NCBI GenBank assembly: GCA_026418905.1
Contig: JAOAAK010000015.1
Span: 10,595-74,594, forward strand
Direction of reading: 5' to 3'
Source of the DNA: Bacteroidales bacterium
GTDB lineage: Bacteria > Bacteroidota > Bacteroidia > Bacteroidales > DTU049
Length of the DNA: 64,000 bases
Shown: in pieces, positions 19,644 through 28,963 of the stretch
Layout of the letters: the number at the start of each line of letters is the position of its first letter
How positions within the stretch are numbered: the stretch's first letter is position 1
Notes under the pieces: model-generated
Told to the model about the DNA's origin: nothing
What the model saw: the letters and a program-made list of their open reading frames with translations, nothing else
Databases searched by the model: none
Made by a program: the position numbers and the translations under genes

Positions 19644-20723
19644 TTACCCTCCAATGATTTGGGTTTTCATAGCATTTGCTATTTCAATAGGATTGGGAAC
19701 AATTCCACCAACCCGTCCGTAATGTATCACTTTTTGATCCTTTCCAACAGCAAGCATAACATCTTCTACCATCTGACCAAGACTCATTTCAACAGCCATC
19801 ATCCCTCTGGTTTGATGTGAAAGTTCTTCAATTCTTTTATAAGGGAAAGGAAATAAAGTAATTAGTCTAAATAACCCTACTTTGTAACCTTCATTTCGCA
19901 ACAATTTAACAGCTTTCAAACAAACCCTAGCACTTGAACCGTAAGCAATCAATAAATATTGAGCATCTTCTACTTCGATTTCCTCATATCGTACGTCTTC
20001 TTGCATTTTTTCATATTTAGCTTTGAGTTTTAATACGTGCTTTTCTTGTCTAGCAGGATCGAGATCTAAGGAAGTAATAATATTCCTTTGACGATCTGGA
20101 GTCTTTCCTGTTGTAGCCCATGGGCATTGTTTTATAATTTCTTCCTCTGTTCTTCGTGGAATAGGATCAAATAGTTCTACTTTTTCCATCATTTGTCCAA
20201 TGACTCCGTCACTAAGAATCATGACTGGATTTCGATATTTAAAAGCGATATCAAAACCAAGTGGGACAAAATCAGCCATCTCCTGCACACTAGCAGGTGC
20301 TAGAACAAACATGCGATAATCCCCATGGCCACCTCCCTTCGTAGCTTGAAAATAGTCTGATTGGGATGGTTGTATGGTTCCTAAGCCCGGACCACCGCGA
20401 ACTATATTTAAAATGACACAAGGAAGCTCAGCTCCAGCCATATAAGATATACCTTCCATCATCAAGCTTATTCCAGGACTAGAAGAAGAAGTCATTACTT
20501 TTTTACCAGCACCAGCACCACCGTACAACATATTGATAGAAGCTATTTCACTTTCTGCTTGCATAACAACCATACCCGTCGTTTCCCATGGTTTTGCTGC
20601 CATGAGATATTCAATTACTTCTGACTGAGGTGTAATAGGATAGCCGAAATAACCATCCGTTCCTGCTCGAATGGCTGCTTCAGCAAATGCCTCGTTACCT
20701 TTCATTAATTGAATTTCACCCAT
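19644..20723 (-). CDS. 2-oxoacid:ferredoxin oxidoreductase, alpha subunit
   Basis: MKGNEAFAEAAIRAG...GYPITPQSE pattern. The substrate (2-oxoglutarate versus branched-chain 2-oxoacids) cannot be decided from sequence. Confidence 0.9.
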   Translation of the reverse strand: MGEIQLMKGNEAFAEAAIRAGTDGYFGYPITPQSEVIEYLMAAKPWETTGMVVMQAESEIASINMLYGGAGAGKKVMTSSSSPGISLMMEGISYMAGAELPCVILNIVRGGPGLGTIQPSQSDYFQATKGGGHGDYRMFVLAPASVQEMADFVPLGFDIAFKYRNPVMILSDGVIGQMMEKVELFDPIPRRTEEEIIKQCPWATTGKTPDRQRNIITSLDLDPARQEKHVLKLKAKYEKMQEDVRYEEIEVEDAQYLLIAYGSSARVCLKAVKLLRNEGYKVGLFRLITLFPFPYKRIEELSHQTRGMMAVEMSLGQMVEDVMLAVGKDQKVIHYGRVGGIVPNPIEIANAMKTQIIGG

Positions 20724-20733
20724 ATTTACTGTT

Positions 20734-20958
20734 TTATTCTATTTTCTTTGCATACACTGTGATAACCCCATCAGGACAAACGATTGCACAATTCATACAA
20801 CCAATACAAGTATCCTGATAAGGCTCAGCATAAAAATAGCCTTTAATGTTCACTTGTGTCGACATCTTAATTACATTCATAGGACAAGCGGTAGTACAAA
20901 TTTCACACCCTTTGCACCTATCTTTATCAATTACAATTGCTCCTTTAACCTTAGCCAT
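20734..20958 (-). CDS. 2-oxoacid:ferredoxin oxidoreductase, delta subunit (2x[4Fe-4S] ferredoxin)
   Basis: Two CxxCxxCxxxCP motifs (CKGCEICTTACP, CIGCMNCAIVCP) in 74 aa. Confidence 0.9.
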   Translation of the reverse strand: MAKVKGAIVIDKDRCKGCEICTTACPMNVIKMSTQVNIKGYFYAEPYQDTCIGCMNCAIVCPDGVITVYAKKIE

Positions 20959-20978
20959 GTCGTTCTACTTATGACAAA

Positions 20979-20986
20979 CAAAAATA
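20979..20986 (-). promoter_or_regulatory. Bacteroidota -7 promoter box (TATTTTTG) for the oxidoreductase operon
   Basis: Perfect TAnnTTTG on the minus strand, about 20 nt upstream of the delta-subunit ATG. Confidence 0.45.
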
Positions 20987-21050
20987 GTTTTTTTCCAAAA
21001 AGTAATACTACCACTCAAAAAAAATCCATCAATTTTTTTTGACTAATTTG

Positions 21051-22184
21051 TTAAAAAACAAATTCGAGTAACAAACTGTCCATTACCAAAACTCCTTCGT
21101 CTGTGAAGGATATTCTATCATCCAATACATAAAAATAGTCACCCAATTTTTTTGTTTCTATGATATATATCAATCTATCCCACTGATTCATACCAAAAGT
21201 ATCAATTACTTCTTTCTTTTTTAGGCCTTCTTTCGTTCTTAATCTAAGCATTAACATCTCAATCCAGTGCTTATCCGAAGTTAGCACATCCTCTTCGTAC
21301 CACGGTTGATTGGTTCTCAAATTTCTTATATAACGGAGTAGATGACTTACATTTGCTCTTCTAATAGGGTAACGATAAGAATGGGCGGAAGGACCTAACC
21401 CTATATATGGATGCCCAAGCCAATAAGCCAAATTATGTTTCGAAAACATACCATTCTTGGCAAAATTGCTGACTTCGTACCTTTCAAAGCCCATTGAAGT
21501 TAGTACACTGTGCACGTATATTAATTCCTTTCTCTGCATTTCTTCATCAATTAGAGTGAATTCTTTGTTTTTCAATGCTCTAGCAAGGGAAGTTCCCTTT
21601 TCAACCGTTAAACCGTATACACTGACATGCGATATGTCGAATTGCTTAATGCACTCAATGTTGAATTCTATTTCATTGAGTGTCGATATAGGTAAATGTA
21701 AGATCAAATCAATTGAAACATTCTGAAAATATTTCATTACGATCTCCAACGAAAGGAAATTTTGCTTGACAGTGTGCGTCCTGCCTAGCCACCGCAATTC
21801 ACGATCTATAAAAGACTGCACTCCCAAGCTAATTCGATTAATTCCCATGTTTTTCCAGGCTTGTACTCGTCCTTCTGTGACATCATCTGGATTTGCTTCT
21901 AAAGTAATTTCAGCATCTTCTGAAATCTTCGAGGTGGTGTATATTTTCTTTACTATTTGCTCTAGTACATTTAAAGGCAATATCGACGGTGTACCTCCTC
22001 CAAAATATATCGTCGAAAAATGTTCATTTTTAAAAACTAAATCAATTTCTTTAAAAATAGCTTCTTTGTATTCTTCAAAAAGGTTTACACCCACCGTAGA
22101 ATAAAAATCGCAATAGCGACATCTTTTTCGACAAAATGGAACGTGTACGTATAAGTGATTTTCTTCAATAAGGTCTTTCATCAA
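21051..22184 (-). CDS. hemW: Radical SAM heme chaperone HemW (HemN-like, oxygen-independent coproporphyrinogen oxidase family)
   Basis: Radical SAM CxxxCxxC (CRKRCRYCDF). At 377 aa it has the HemW-type length. Confidence 0.85.
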   Translation of the reverse strand: MMKDLIEENHLYVHVPFCRKRCRYCDFYSTVGVNLFEEYKEAIFKEIDLVFKNEHFSTIYFGGGTPSILPLNVLEQIVKKIYTTSKISEDAEITLEANPDDVTEGRVQAWKNMGINRISLGVQSFIDRELRWLGRTHTVKQNFLSLEIVMKYFQNVSIDLILHLPISTLNEIEFNIECIKQFDISHVSVYGLTVEKGTSLARALKNKEFTLIDEEMQRKELIYVHSVLTSMGFERYEVSNFAKNGMFSKHNLAYWLGHPYIGLGPSAHSYRYPIRRANVSHLLRYIRNLRTNQPWYEEDVLTSDKHWIEMLMLRLRTKEGLKKKEVIDTFGMNQWDRLIYIIETKKLGDYFYVLDDRISFTDEGVLVMDSLLLEFVF

Positions 22185-24063
22185 TGTTCTTGACGTAATT
22201 TAAAAACGCATTGTTGACCACACGATTTCCGCCCGGTGTAGGATAATCTCCCGAAAAATACCAATCTCCATGGTTGCGAGTAAGAGCCTTGTGAAGATTA
22301 TCGATCGACTGGTAAATAATAGTAACCTTAGCTTTTGTCCCTGGTGGTGTAACTAGTTCAGCTACTTTTCGGGCTATTTCTTCTTCGGTAAAAGGTGCAT
22401 AAATACGTTTAACAAAATTTTCTATATCCTTGTCCTCTTTATTTCGTTGCGCAACACATAATCGATAAACCTCATCAATAATATGTGTTTGTTTCGTTTC
22501 CTTTAGTAATTCAATAGCTGCTTGAAAGGCTACAAGATCTTTGAGTTTTGCCATATCTATACCGTAACAATCAGGATATCTGATCTGAGGCGCGGAAGAA
22601 ACAAATACGATGTGCTTAGGTTGAAGTCTGTCCAACATTTTAATGATGCTATTTTTTAAAGTTGTTCCACGCACGATGCTGTCGTCCACAACTACAAGGT
22701 TATCGATTCCCTCACGAACGACACCATACGTCACATCATAAATGTGTGTTACTAAGCCATCTCTATCTTTATCGTTAGTAATAAAAGTTCGAAGTTTCAT
22801 GTCTTTAACTGCAATTTGAGCAATCCGGGGCCGTTTTTCTAAAATTTTGAAAATATTTTCTCGGTTAATTTCATGCAATGAAAGGATCTCTTCTACACTG
22901 TTTTGCAAGCAAAACTCAAGTAAGCCTTCGTATAAGCCTAAGAAAGCCACAAGAGCTGTATTAGGTATATAAGAAAAGACTGTATTTTCAAGGTCATAAT
23001 CTATAGCCTTAAGCACATCTTTCACTAAAAATTTTCCGAGTCGTTTACGATCTTCATATATTTCAGCATCAGTTCCACGACTAAAATAGATAGATTCAAA
23101 ACTACAACTATACCTGGGAACAGAATCGAATATGCGTTCAACACGGTAATCTCCGTTGTATTTCGTTACCAAAGCAAACCCTGGTTCAAGCTCCTTGACT
23201 TGTTCAGTCTTAATATCAAAAGTAGTTTGAAGTACTGGTCTTTCTGAAGCCACTGCTATTACCTCTTCATCCGCATAATAAAAGCAAGGTCGTATACCAT
23301 ATGGATCCCTCAGCACAAAACCATCACCATGCCCGACGAGTCCTGCAATAACAAAACCTCCATCCCATCCATCGGAAGCTCTTTTGAGCACTTTAGTTAA
23401 GTCAAGTTCATCTGCTATCCTCCTGGAGATTTCGACGCGAGATAGACCCTCGTTTTTATACTTCCTATATATCTGATCATTTTCCTCATCTAAGTAATAA
23501 CCGATAAGTTCCATTAGAATGAATGTATCTCCCTTGCGTATGGGATGTTGACCTAACGATATAAGCTTATCTAAAAGTTGTTGTGTATTGGTTAGGTTAA
23601 AATTCCCAGCCACGAATAAACTCCTGGTTTTCCAATTATTGAACCTCATTTGCGGATGTAAATAATCAATGTCGTTCTTCCCATAGGTCCCATACCGTAC
23701 ATGCCCAAGGTAAATCTCTCCTACATAAGGATTATGTTTCTTTAAATATTGAACATCATAAAAACGTGGTGACCCTGTTTTTTCTAGCTCTTTGAATGTA
23801 GAAAAAACCCTATCAAAAATATGGATAATAGGCAATGCAGAGTTATCTCTTTCTCTATGAAAATAAATTTCTCCAGGTTGAAGTCCTAACTTAAGACAGG
23901 CAAAGCCAGCCCCATCTTGCCCTCGGTTGTGTTGCTTTTCCATGAGCAAACACAACTTCTCTATCCCATAATAGGAAAGTCCGTATTTATTTAAGTAATA
24001 TTCTAATGGCTTTCGAAGATGTATAAAAGCAATGCCACATTCATGCAATAAATGATCAGACAT
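22165..24063 (-). CDS. purF: Amidophosphoribosyltransferase (long Bacteroidota type)
   Basis: N-terminal nucleophile Cys (HECGIAFI), a class-II amidotransferase domain and the PRPP loop VVVDDSIVRGTT. Confidence 0.9.
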   Translation of the reverse strand: MSDHLLHECGIAFIHLRKPLEYYLNKYGLSYYGIEKLCLLMEKQHNRGQDGAGFACLKLGLQPGEIYFHRERDNSALPIIHIFDRVFSTFKELEKTGSPRFYDVQYLKKHNPYVGEIYLGHVRYGTYGKNDIDYLHPQMRFNNWKTRSLFVAGNFNLTNTQQLLDKLISLGQHPIRKGDTFILMELIGYYLDEENDQIYRKYKNEGLSRVEISRRIADELDLTKVLKRASDGWDGGFVIAGLVGHGDGFVLRDPYGIRPCFYYADEEVIAVASERPVLQTTFDIKTEQVKELEPGFALVTKYNGDYRVERIFDSVPRYSCSFESIYFSRGTDAEIYEDRKRLGKFLVKDVLKAIDYDLENTVFSYIPNTALVAFLGLYEGLLEFCLQNSVEEILSLHEINRENIFKILEKRPRIAQIAVKDMKLRTFITNDKDRDGLVTHIYDVTYGVVREGIDNLVVVDDSIVRGTTLKNSIIKMLDRLQPKHIVFVSSAPQIRYPDCYGIDMAKLKDLVAFQAAIELLKETKQTHIIDEVYRLCVAQRNKEDKDIENFVKRIYAPFTEEEIARKVAELVTPPGTKAKVTIIYQSIDNLHKALTRNHGDWYFSGDYPTPGGNRVVNNAFLNYVKNIDERPY

Positions 24064-24128
24064 TTTTTTTACAAAAGTAATGATGTTTAATATGATATGA
24101 ATTATGTTTTAATTAAATAAAAGTATTA

Positions 24129-24356
24129 ATGAAGTATTTTTGTTGCGTAAACATTAAAAATTTGTTTTGGAATATTTTAACTTTCTTATTTATCGGGTTC
24201 GCTTTGTATAGAACATTAAATGAGCTTAAAAGAATGCTAACTCACAAAAATTCCCCTTGTGATCGATGTCAACTCAAAAAAAACTGTTCAACCAAAAATT
24301 CAGCATGTCAACTTGGTTCACTTGACCTGAAGAATAGAAGTTTTAAAAAGCTTTAG
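24129..24356 (+). CDS. Possible small membrane protein with Cys-rich tail (uncertain)
   Basis: 75-codon ATG ORF with one hydrophobic helix (LFWNILTFLFIGFALY) followed by CDRCQLKKNCSTKNSAC. A near-consensus box TATGTTTT lies ~20 nt upstream. Its 3' end overlaps the convergent gene by 39 nt. Confidence 0.3.
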   Translation: MKYFCCVNIKNLFWNILTFLFIGFALYRTLNELKRMLTHKNSPCDRCQLKKNCSTKNSACQLGSLDLKNRSFKKL

Positions 24357-24941
24357 GACTTCTTCTGGCTTAAGACCATTGGTTTTCTCAAACGTAAAGT
24401 CACCGAGAGGAATTTGAAAACCACCAACCGAACGAGCTGAAAAAACGTATGATTTCCTAAAAACTAATCTTTTTACTGGGGTTTTAGCTACTACACGGAT
24501 GTGCAAGCGAGGCATATAAGATACAAAAGTTACAAATTTAAATTGATGTGCTCTTAGACGAATGACATATTTAAGGTACACATCTCCCGACTGTGCTTGC
24601 TTGGCAAGGCGAAAAGAATAATTTGGTAAGGCATAGTATCCAAAAGATAAACCACCACCGCTAGGCATCATTACAACATTTTCAGCACCAGTCAATTCTT
24701 TTGCACTTATTTGTACATACTGTCTTATGGAATCTACAATAGAAGGCGATAACCTACCTCTGTGAAGCAGTGGATCATTGGAAAACATCGTTACACCCTC
24801 ACGAGCATAAAGACGCCCATCATCTATGAGCTTTATTTTGTGAACAACGGGATTAGAAAATTTCCCTTTAGGAAATTTTTTTTGAGCAAAAGACTCTCCC
24901 ACTAAAAGAATAAACAATACAAAAAAGATAATCTTTTTCAT
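24318..24941 (-). CDS. Secreted hypothetical protein
   Basis: The ATG at 24941 gives the signal peptide MKKIIFFVLFILLVGESFAQ. No known family recognised. Weak resemblance to the upstream neighbour. Confidence 0.75.
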   Translation of the reverse strand: MKKIIFFVLFILLVGESFAQKKFPKGKFSNPVVHKIKLIDDGRLYAREGVTMFSNDPLLHRGRLSPSIVDSIRQYVQISAKELTGAENVVMMPSGGGLSFGYYALPNYSFRLAKQAQSGDVYLKYVIRLRAHQFKFVTFVSYMPRLHIRVVAKTPVKRLVFRKSYVFSARSVGGFQIPLGDFTFEKTNGLKPEEVLKLFKTSILQVK

Positions 24942-24945
24942 GGTG

Positions 24946-25620
24946 TTATTTGTTTTCAAACAAGTTATGTTCAAGCCCAGATAAGTATATTAAAACTACA
25001 TCCATAGGTGAGAGTGTTTCTGAGGTTTTGACTGCCCAAGTTTTGCCTGTTCGAGGATCGACCAAATATTCAGTTTTACTTCTGAGTTTACCAAATTTTT
25101 TGAGCGTAACCGTACGGGCATAGACTTTTTTCTTATTGCTATCAAAAACTTTCACAGTAACTGAAATTTGAGGTTTAATTTTGCTCACGCTTCCATTTGC
25201 AAATTCTATAGAAAAATCTCCTCCCCCAGTAAGATGAGCATCTATTAAAGCATAATAGTTAGCGGAAATAGAAGAAACCGTTTTTTTGTAAGTATTATCA
25301 GGCAAGCCTTCCAATTCCCCATAAACACCCATGGTGGTAATTTTCTTCCCATTTTTATAGTATGAATAAAAGGCTTCAAATGGCACTCCAAATTTACGAC
25401 TCAATATTTCTTCGCTTTTCGCAATGATAAAATCAGTCAATGTATCAGGAAAACATTCACGAAATGAAAAACTACCTGTGAGAGGCTTGTTTGTTGAAAT
25501 TTTAACTTCTTCCACCAAAGCAGGATCAACTTTGATTCTCATAGAATAAATAACTGCTCTGGTTTGAGCATATGCCCACACACTTACAACAAAGGTTAAG
25601 AAAAAATATTTCTTTTTCAT
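24946..25620 (-). CDS. Secreted hypothetical protein
   Basis: Signal peptide MKKKYFFLTFVVSVWAYAQ. No known family recognised. Confidence 0.75.
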   Translation of the reverse strand: MKKKYFFLTFVVSVWAYAQTRAVIYSMRIKVDPALVEEVKISTNKPLTGSFSFRECFPDTLTDFIIAKSEEILSRKFGVPFEAFYSYYKNGKKITTMGVYGELEGLPDNTYKKTVSSISANYYALIDAHLTGGGDFSIEFANGSVSKIKPQISVTVKVFDSNKKKVYARTVTLKKFGKLRSKTEYLVDPRTGKTWAVKTSETLSPMDVVLIYLSGLEHNLFENK

Positions 25621-25686
25621 ATGCGTTATTATGTTTTACAAAATTTTACAAAAATTGTGCCTCAAAACTAATAATCAAGAAAGTAT

Positions 25687-25694
25687 TAACTTTG
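25687..25694 (+). promoter_or_regulatory. Bacteroidota -7 promoter box (TAACTTTG) for the AOR-family gene
   Basis: Perfect TAnnTTTG 19 nt upstream of the ATG at 25714. Confidence 0.45.
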
Positions 25695-25713
25695 AAAAAC
25701 AAAATGCTTAACA

Positions 25714-27660
25714 ATGACTGAACAAGAAAAAAAGGTAGAAACCCAAGAAACCCATTTTGGCATTACCGAAAATAAATATGAGTCGCATGTTAAAACAATA
25801 ATTATTGATGTGAGTTCTGGAATGTATAAAGTAGTTCGATATCCCGTTGGTGAATTTTTTGGCCCTGTCGACTTAGGACTTCATCATTCAACTCAATATA
25901 ATTCTTTAAATTTTGGTATTGGACTTCTTGCAGGTTCTATATTCCCTGGTTCAAATAGACTTATTTTTACTGGATTTAGTCCTTGTTGGACTGGTTTTTA
26001 CATTTCAAGCATGGGGGGTGCTGGGCTTGCCTTTGATAATCTCGGTTTAAACATGGTGAGCATCACAGGCAGAGCTCAAAAACCATCCGTACTCATTCTG
26101 AATCGTATACATGGTGAAGAAATTCAGGTTCGCGTGGAACCCATTCATGACCTTTGGGAAATATGGGACAGTGGGCGTGGCGGTGTATATTCATTGATGG
26201 ATTACGTTAATGAAAAATATGGTGAAGAATATATAGATCAATATCGTATTCTTGTTGTGGGGCCAGCAGCTGCTACCACCGATTTCGGTGCTATTGTGAG
26301 TGTTCCTGTTAGAAAGGGCGAACTAACCTATGTAGATACGTGGGCAGGCAGGGGAGGATTCGGATCTAAGATGCTTCAGGAGTACAACATTGCTGCAGTC
26401 ATCTACGGAGGAACATACATTGACAAGGACTTTCGTGATAGGTCTGTAGCAGACAAATGGTTCGAAGACAGATATCAAAAAAAACTAGCTGCTAAAGACC
26501 TTGAAGCCACTACCAAATATAGGTTTGACCCCAAATTCGAAACAGGTGGAACATTTGGAGTCAATTTCGCTACAATGGGTGGCCGCGTAATGGCTTTCAA
26601 TTATCAGTCTTTTTTTTGGTCAGAAGATGAGCGAATTTCTTTACATCAGAATTTTATAGTCAATCATTATCTCAAGCAATTTAACGAAGAAACTATTCGA
26701 AAAAAACAAAATTGGACATGTGGTGAACCCTGTGTGGCTGTATGCAAAAAAATGAATAATCAATACAAAAAGGACTACGAACCCTACCAGACAATGGGAC
26801 CTCTTTGTGGAGTTTTTGATCAACGAGCTGCTGAACTTCTCAACCACCATGCAGACACATTGGGTTTTGATGCAATTTCCGTAGGTGGCGTTCTTGCCTG
26901 GCTGATGGAACTTCTCTATAAAGGACTTGTCACTAAAGAAGAACTTGGAGTTACACAGTTTCCTATTTGGCGTAAAGATGGTTTTGATCCGGTACTTGAT
27001 TCTCTTCATAATGCAAGATTAGGAGTGGAGCTACTCAATTCTATAGTGTATAAAAGAGGTATCATAGATTTCACTTTTGGTCCGAGGCGTTGGGCTCGTA
27101 AACTTGCACGCCAACGTGGTAGAATAATTATTGACCATTTCCTTTACGTCACTTTTGGTCGCAGGGGATGGATGGTCCCCAACCAATATTGGACACCAGG
27201 AGTTTTATCTCCCATGCCCATCATGGGGAAATACTACATGTATTATGGCAATGACTTCATGCATCCACGCATTCTGGGACGCTTAAACACCGAACGTTTC
27301 AAGAAAGAACTTATTATGGACAACCTTGGTTTTTGTCGTTTTCATCGCAATTGGGCCGAGGATTTCATGCCGGATATTTTAGGACAACTTTTTGGTAAAG
27401 AATCTGCTGAAAAATTCACAAAAAGCATTGATGCTCTTGCATACAATATCAACAGCAGAAATAACAGCGGTCTTTGGGAATCTTACAAAAATGTAGAACT
27501 CGTTGAATCATACTTGCAACGCAAACATGAAATCGAAGGCGACAACAATCCTGATCTATTGGGGTGGATAGATTACCTTCGCCGCGACAGACGTACAGCT
27601 GCTATTGACTACTGGTATGAAATACATAAAGGAATTACCGAAACTCTAAATGAATTTTAA
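25714..27660 (+). CDS. Aldehyde:ferredoxin oxidoreductase (AOR) family protein, divergent
   Basis: AOR-like N-terminal domain, AGRGGFGSKM (compare GRGGLGA), DTLGFDAISVGGVLAWLMEL, Cys cluster CGEPCVAVC and distal DNLGFCRF. Confidence 0.8.
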   Translation: MTEQEKKVETQETHFGITENKYESHVKTIIIDVSSGMYKVVRYPVGEFFGPVDLGLHHSTQYNSLNFGIGLLAGSIFPGSNRLIFTGFSPCWTGFYISSMGGAGLAFDNLGLNMVSITGRAQKPSVLILNRIHGEEIQVRVEPIHDLWEIWDSGRGGVYSLMDYVNEKYGEEYIDQYRILVVGPAAATTDFGAIVSVPVRKGELTYVDTWAGRGGFGSKMLQEYNIAAVIYGGTYIDKDFRDRSVADKWFEDRYQKKLAAKDLEATTKYRFDPKFETGGTFGVNFATMGGRVMAFNYQSFFWSEDERISLHQNFIVNHYLKQFNEETIRKKQNWTCGEPCVAVCKKMNNQYKKDYEPYQTMGPLCGVFDQRAAELLNHHADTLGFDAISVGGVLAWLMELLYKGLVTKEELGVTQFPIWRKDGFDPVLDSLHNARLGVELLNSIVYKRGIIDFTFGPRRWARKLARQRGRIIIDHFLYVTFGRRGWMVPNQYWTPGVLSPMPIMGKYYMYYGNDFMHPRILGRLNTERFKKELIMDNLGFCRFHRNWAEDFMPDILGQLFGKESAEKFTKSIDALAYNINSRNNSGLWESYKNVELVESYLQRKHEIEGDNNPDLLGWIDYLRRDRRTAAIDYWYEIHKGITETLNEF

Positions 27661-27662
27661 AG

Positions 27663-28955
27663 ATGAAAAAAATTATTTTATTTTCCATCATCGTGGGTTT
27701 TTTACTATACTCATGCCAGCATAACGAAGACATTGGTTGGGAAATTTATCCACCTGATGAAGAGATCTCAGGCCTCAAGGTAGATACTTTTACCATCATA
27801 GCCTATACTCAGAAAACTGATAGTGTTCGTTCCGATAGAACTGCTCAGAGTTTAGCCGGTATTTACGTGGATCCTATTTTTGGGACAACTTATGCTGCTT
27901 TTTGCACTCAGCTCAACCTTCCTACTACCAGTGTTGTATTTCCTCAAGATATTATTGTAGATTCTCTTGTCTTACATTTGGAATACTTTTACATCTACGG
28001 CTTTCCCAAAGAGAATAACCTAATCACTTACCAAGTACGCGAACTCGTTTCTAATGTTAAAGATACCATTTATTATTCTAACAACCCTTTTGAAGTAGGA
28101 CAGTTACTTGGCTCTGCTACTGTTACACCAGACCTACAAGACAGTGTATATATAAACAATCGTCGATTTCCTGCGCAACTCAGAATAAAGCTTTCGAACC
28201 AGTTTGCTAAAAAAATTGTGGAAGCTGCTCATGAAGGGCTACTATATAACAATGCCACATTTACAAGTTTTATTAAAGGTATAGCTATTTTACCCGTTTA
28301 TGAAGGGGGAACCGGCTGTTTAGCATCGTTTGATGTTACTTCAAACAATTCCGGTATGACATTGTTTTACCGTACCAATGGAGAAAACCGCTCCTATACG
28401 TTCAAAATTACCAAAACAACTCCCAGGTATACATTCTTTTCCCACAATTATCAATATTCCCACCCTGACCTTATATCTCAATTAAACGGTGACACAACAA
28501 TAGGACAAAAAATTTTATTTCTGCAATCCATGGCTGGAACCAAAGTGATAATTAAATTTCCAGGTATACATAATTTTTTGAATGGAAAAGTAATCATCAA
28601 CCAAGCCAAGCTTGTAATTCCTATAGAAGCTACAGACCATACTTCCAATACCTACCCTGTACCTAAAATTATTTCTATTCTACGAATCAATTCAAAAGGT
28701 CAATTCGAAGCTACGCTTGATTATGGTGCTAGTAGCTCGGAATTAAACAAACCAAACTACGATGCTAACAATAAATTTTATAGTCTTTTGTTTACTCTTG
28801 AGTTACAGAACATTATTAAGAAACACGACTCCACTGCAACCTATGCACTCATGGTCAATGGTAATGCTGTTAATCCCCATAGAGTGGTTCTCTCAGGTCC
28901 ACAAAATCTTATTCAACCAATGAAATTAATTGTTTATTATACACCAATAAAATAA
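27663..28955 (+). CDS. Lipoprotein, DUF4270-like
   Basis: Lipobox FLLYSC. The N-terminal region (VDTFTIIAYTQKTDSVRSD...LAGIYVDPIFGTTYAAFCTQ) resembles DUF4270, and it sits beside glmS as in other Bacteroidota (from memory). Confidence 0.7.
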   Translation: MKKIILFSIIVGFLLYSCQHNEDIGWEIYPPDEEISGLKVDTFTIIAYTQKTDSVRSDRTAQSLAGIYVDPIFGTTYAAFCTQLNLPTTSVVFPQDIIVDSLVLHLEYFYIYGFPKENNLITYQVRELVSNVKDTIYYSNNPFEVGQLLGSATVTPDLQDSVYINNRRFPAQLRIKLSNQFAKKIVEAAHEGLLYNNATFTSFIKGIAILPVYEGGTGCLASFDVTSNNSGMTLFYRTNGENRSYTFKITKTTPRYTFFSHNYQYSHPDLISQLNGDTTIGQKILFLQSMAGTKVIIKFPGIHNFLNGKVIINQAKLVIPIEATDHTSNTYPVPKIISILRINSKGQFEATLDYGASSSELNKPNYDANNKFYSLLFTLELQNIIKKHDSTATYALMVNGNAVNPHRVVLSGPQNLIQPMKLIVYYTPIK

Positions 28956-28963
28956 CAAAAATT

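Noticed and set aside
25634-25653. Perfect tandem duplication TTTTACAAAA x2 in the divergent region between the secreted-protein gene and the AOR-family gene.
   Set aside because: It has only two 10-bp units. On the minus strand it reads TTTTGTAAAATTTTGTAAAA, that is, overlapping TTTG/TA promoter-like elements. It is most simply part of the promoter rather than a distinct repeat element.
26641-27009. 122-aa minus-strand ORF inside the AOR-family gene. Similar antisense or out-of-frame ORFs occur at 10290-10637, 21457-21726, 21766-22104, 36884-37201, 44730-45113, 52738-53049, 55165-55455 and 61888-62250, along with the other short track entries nested in larger genes.
   Set aside because: All lie entirely within well-supported conserved genes on the opposite strand or in another frame. 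Their translations are low-complexity or Cys/Ser/Phe-rich with no recognisable motifs. This is the typical shadow-ORF pattern.
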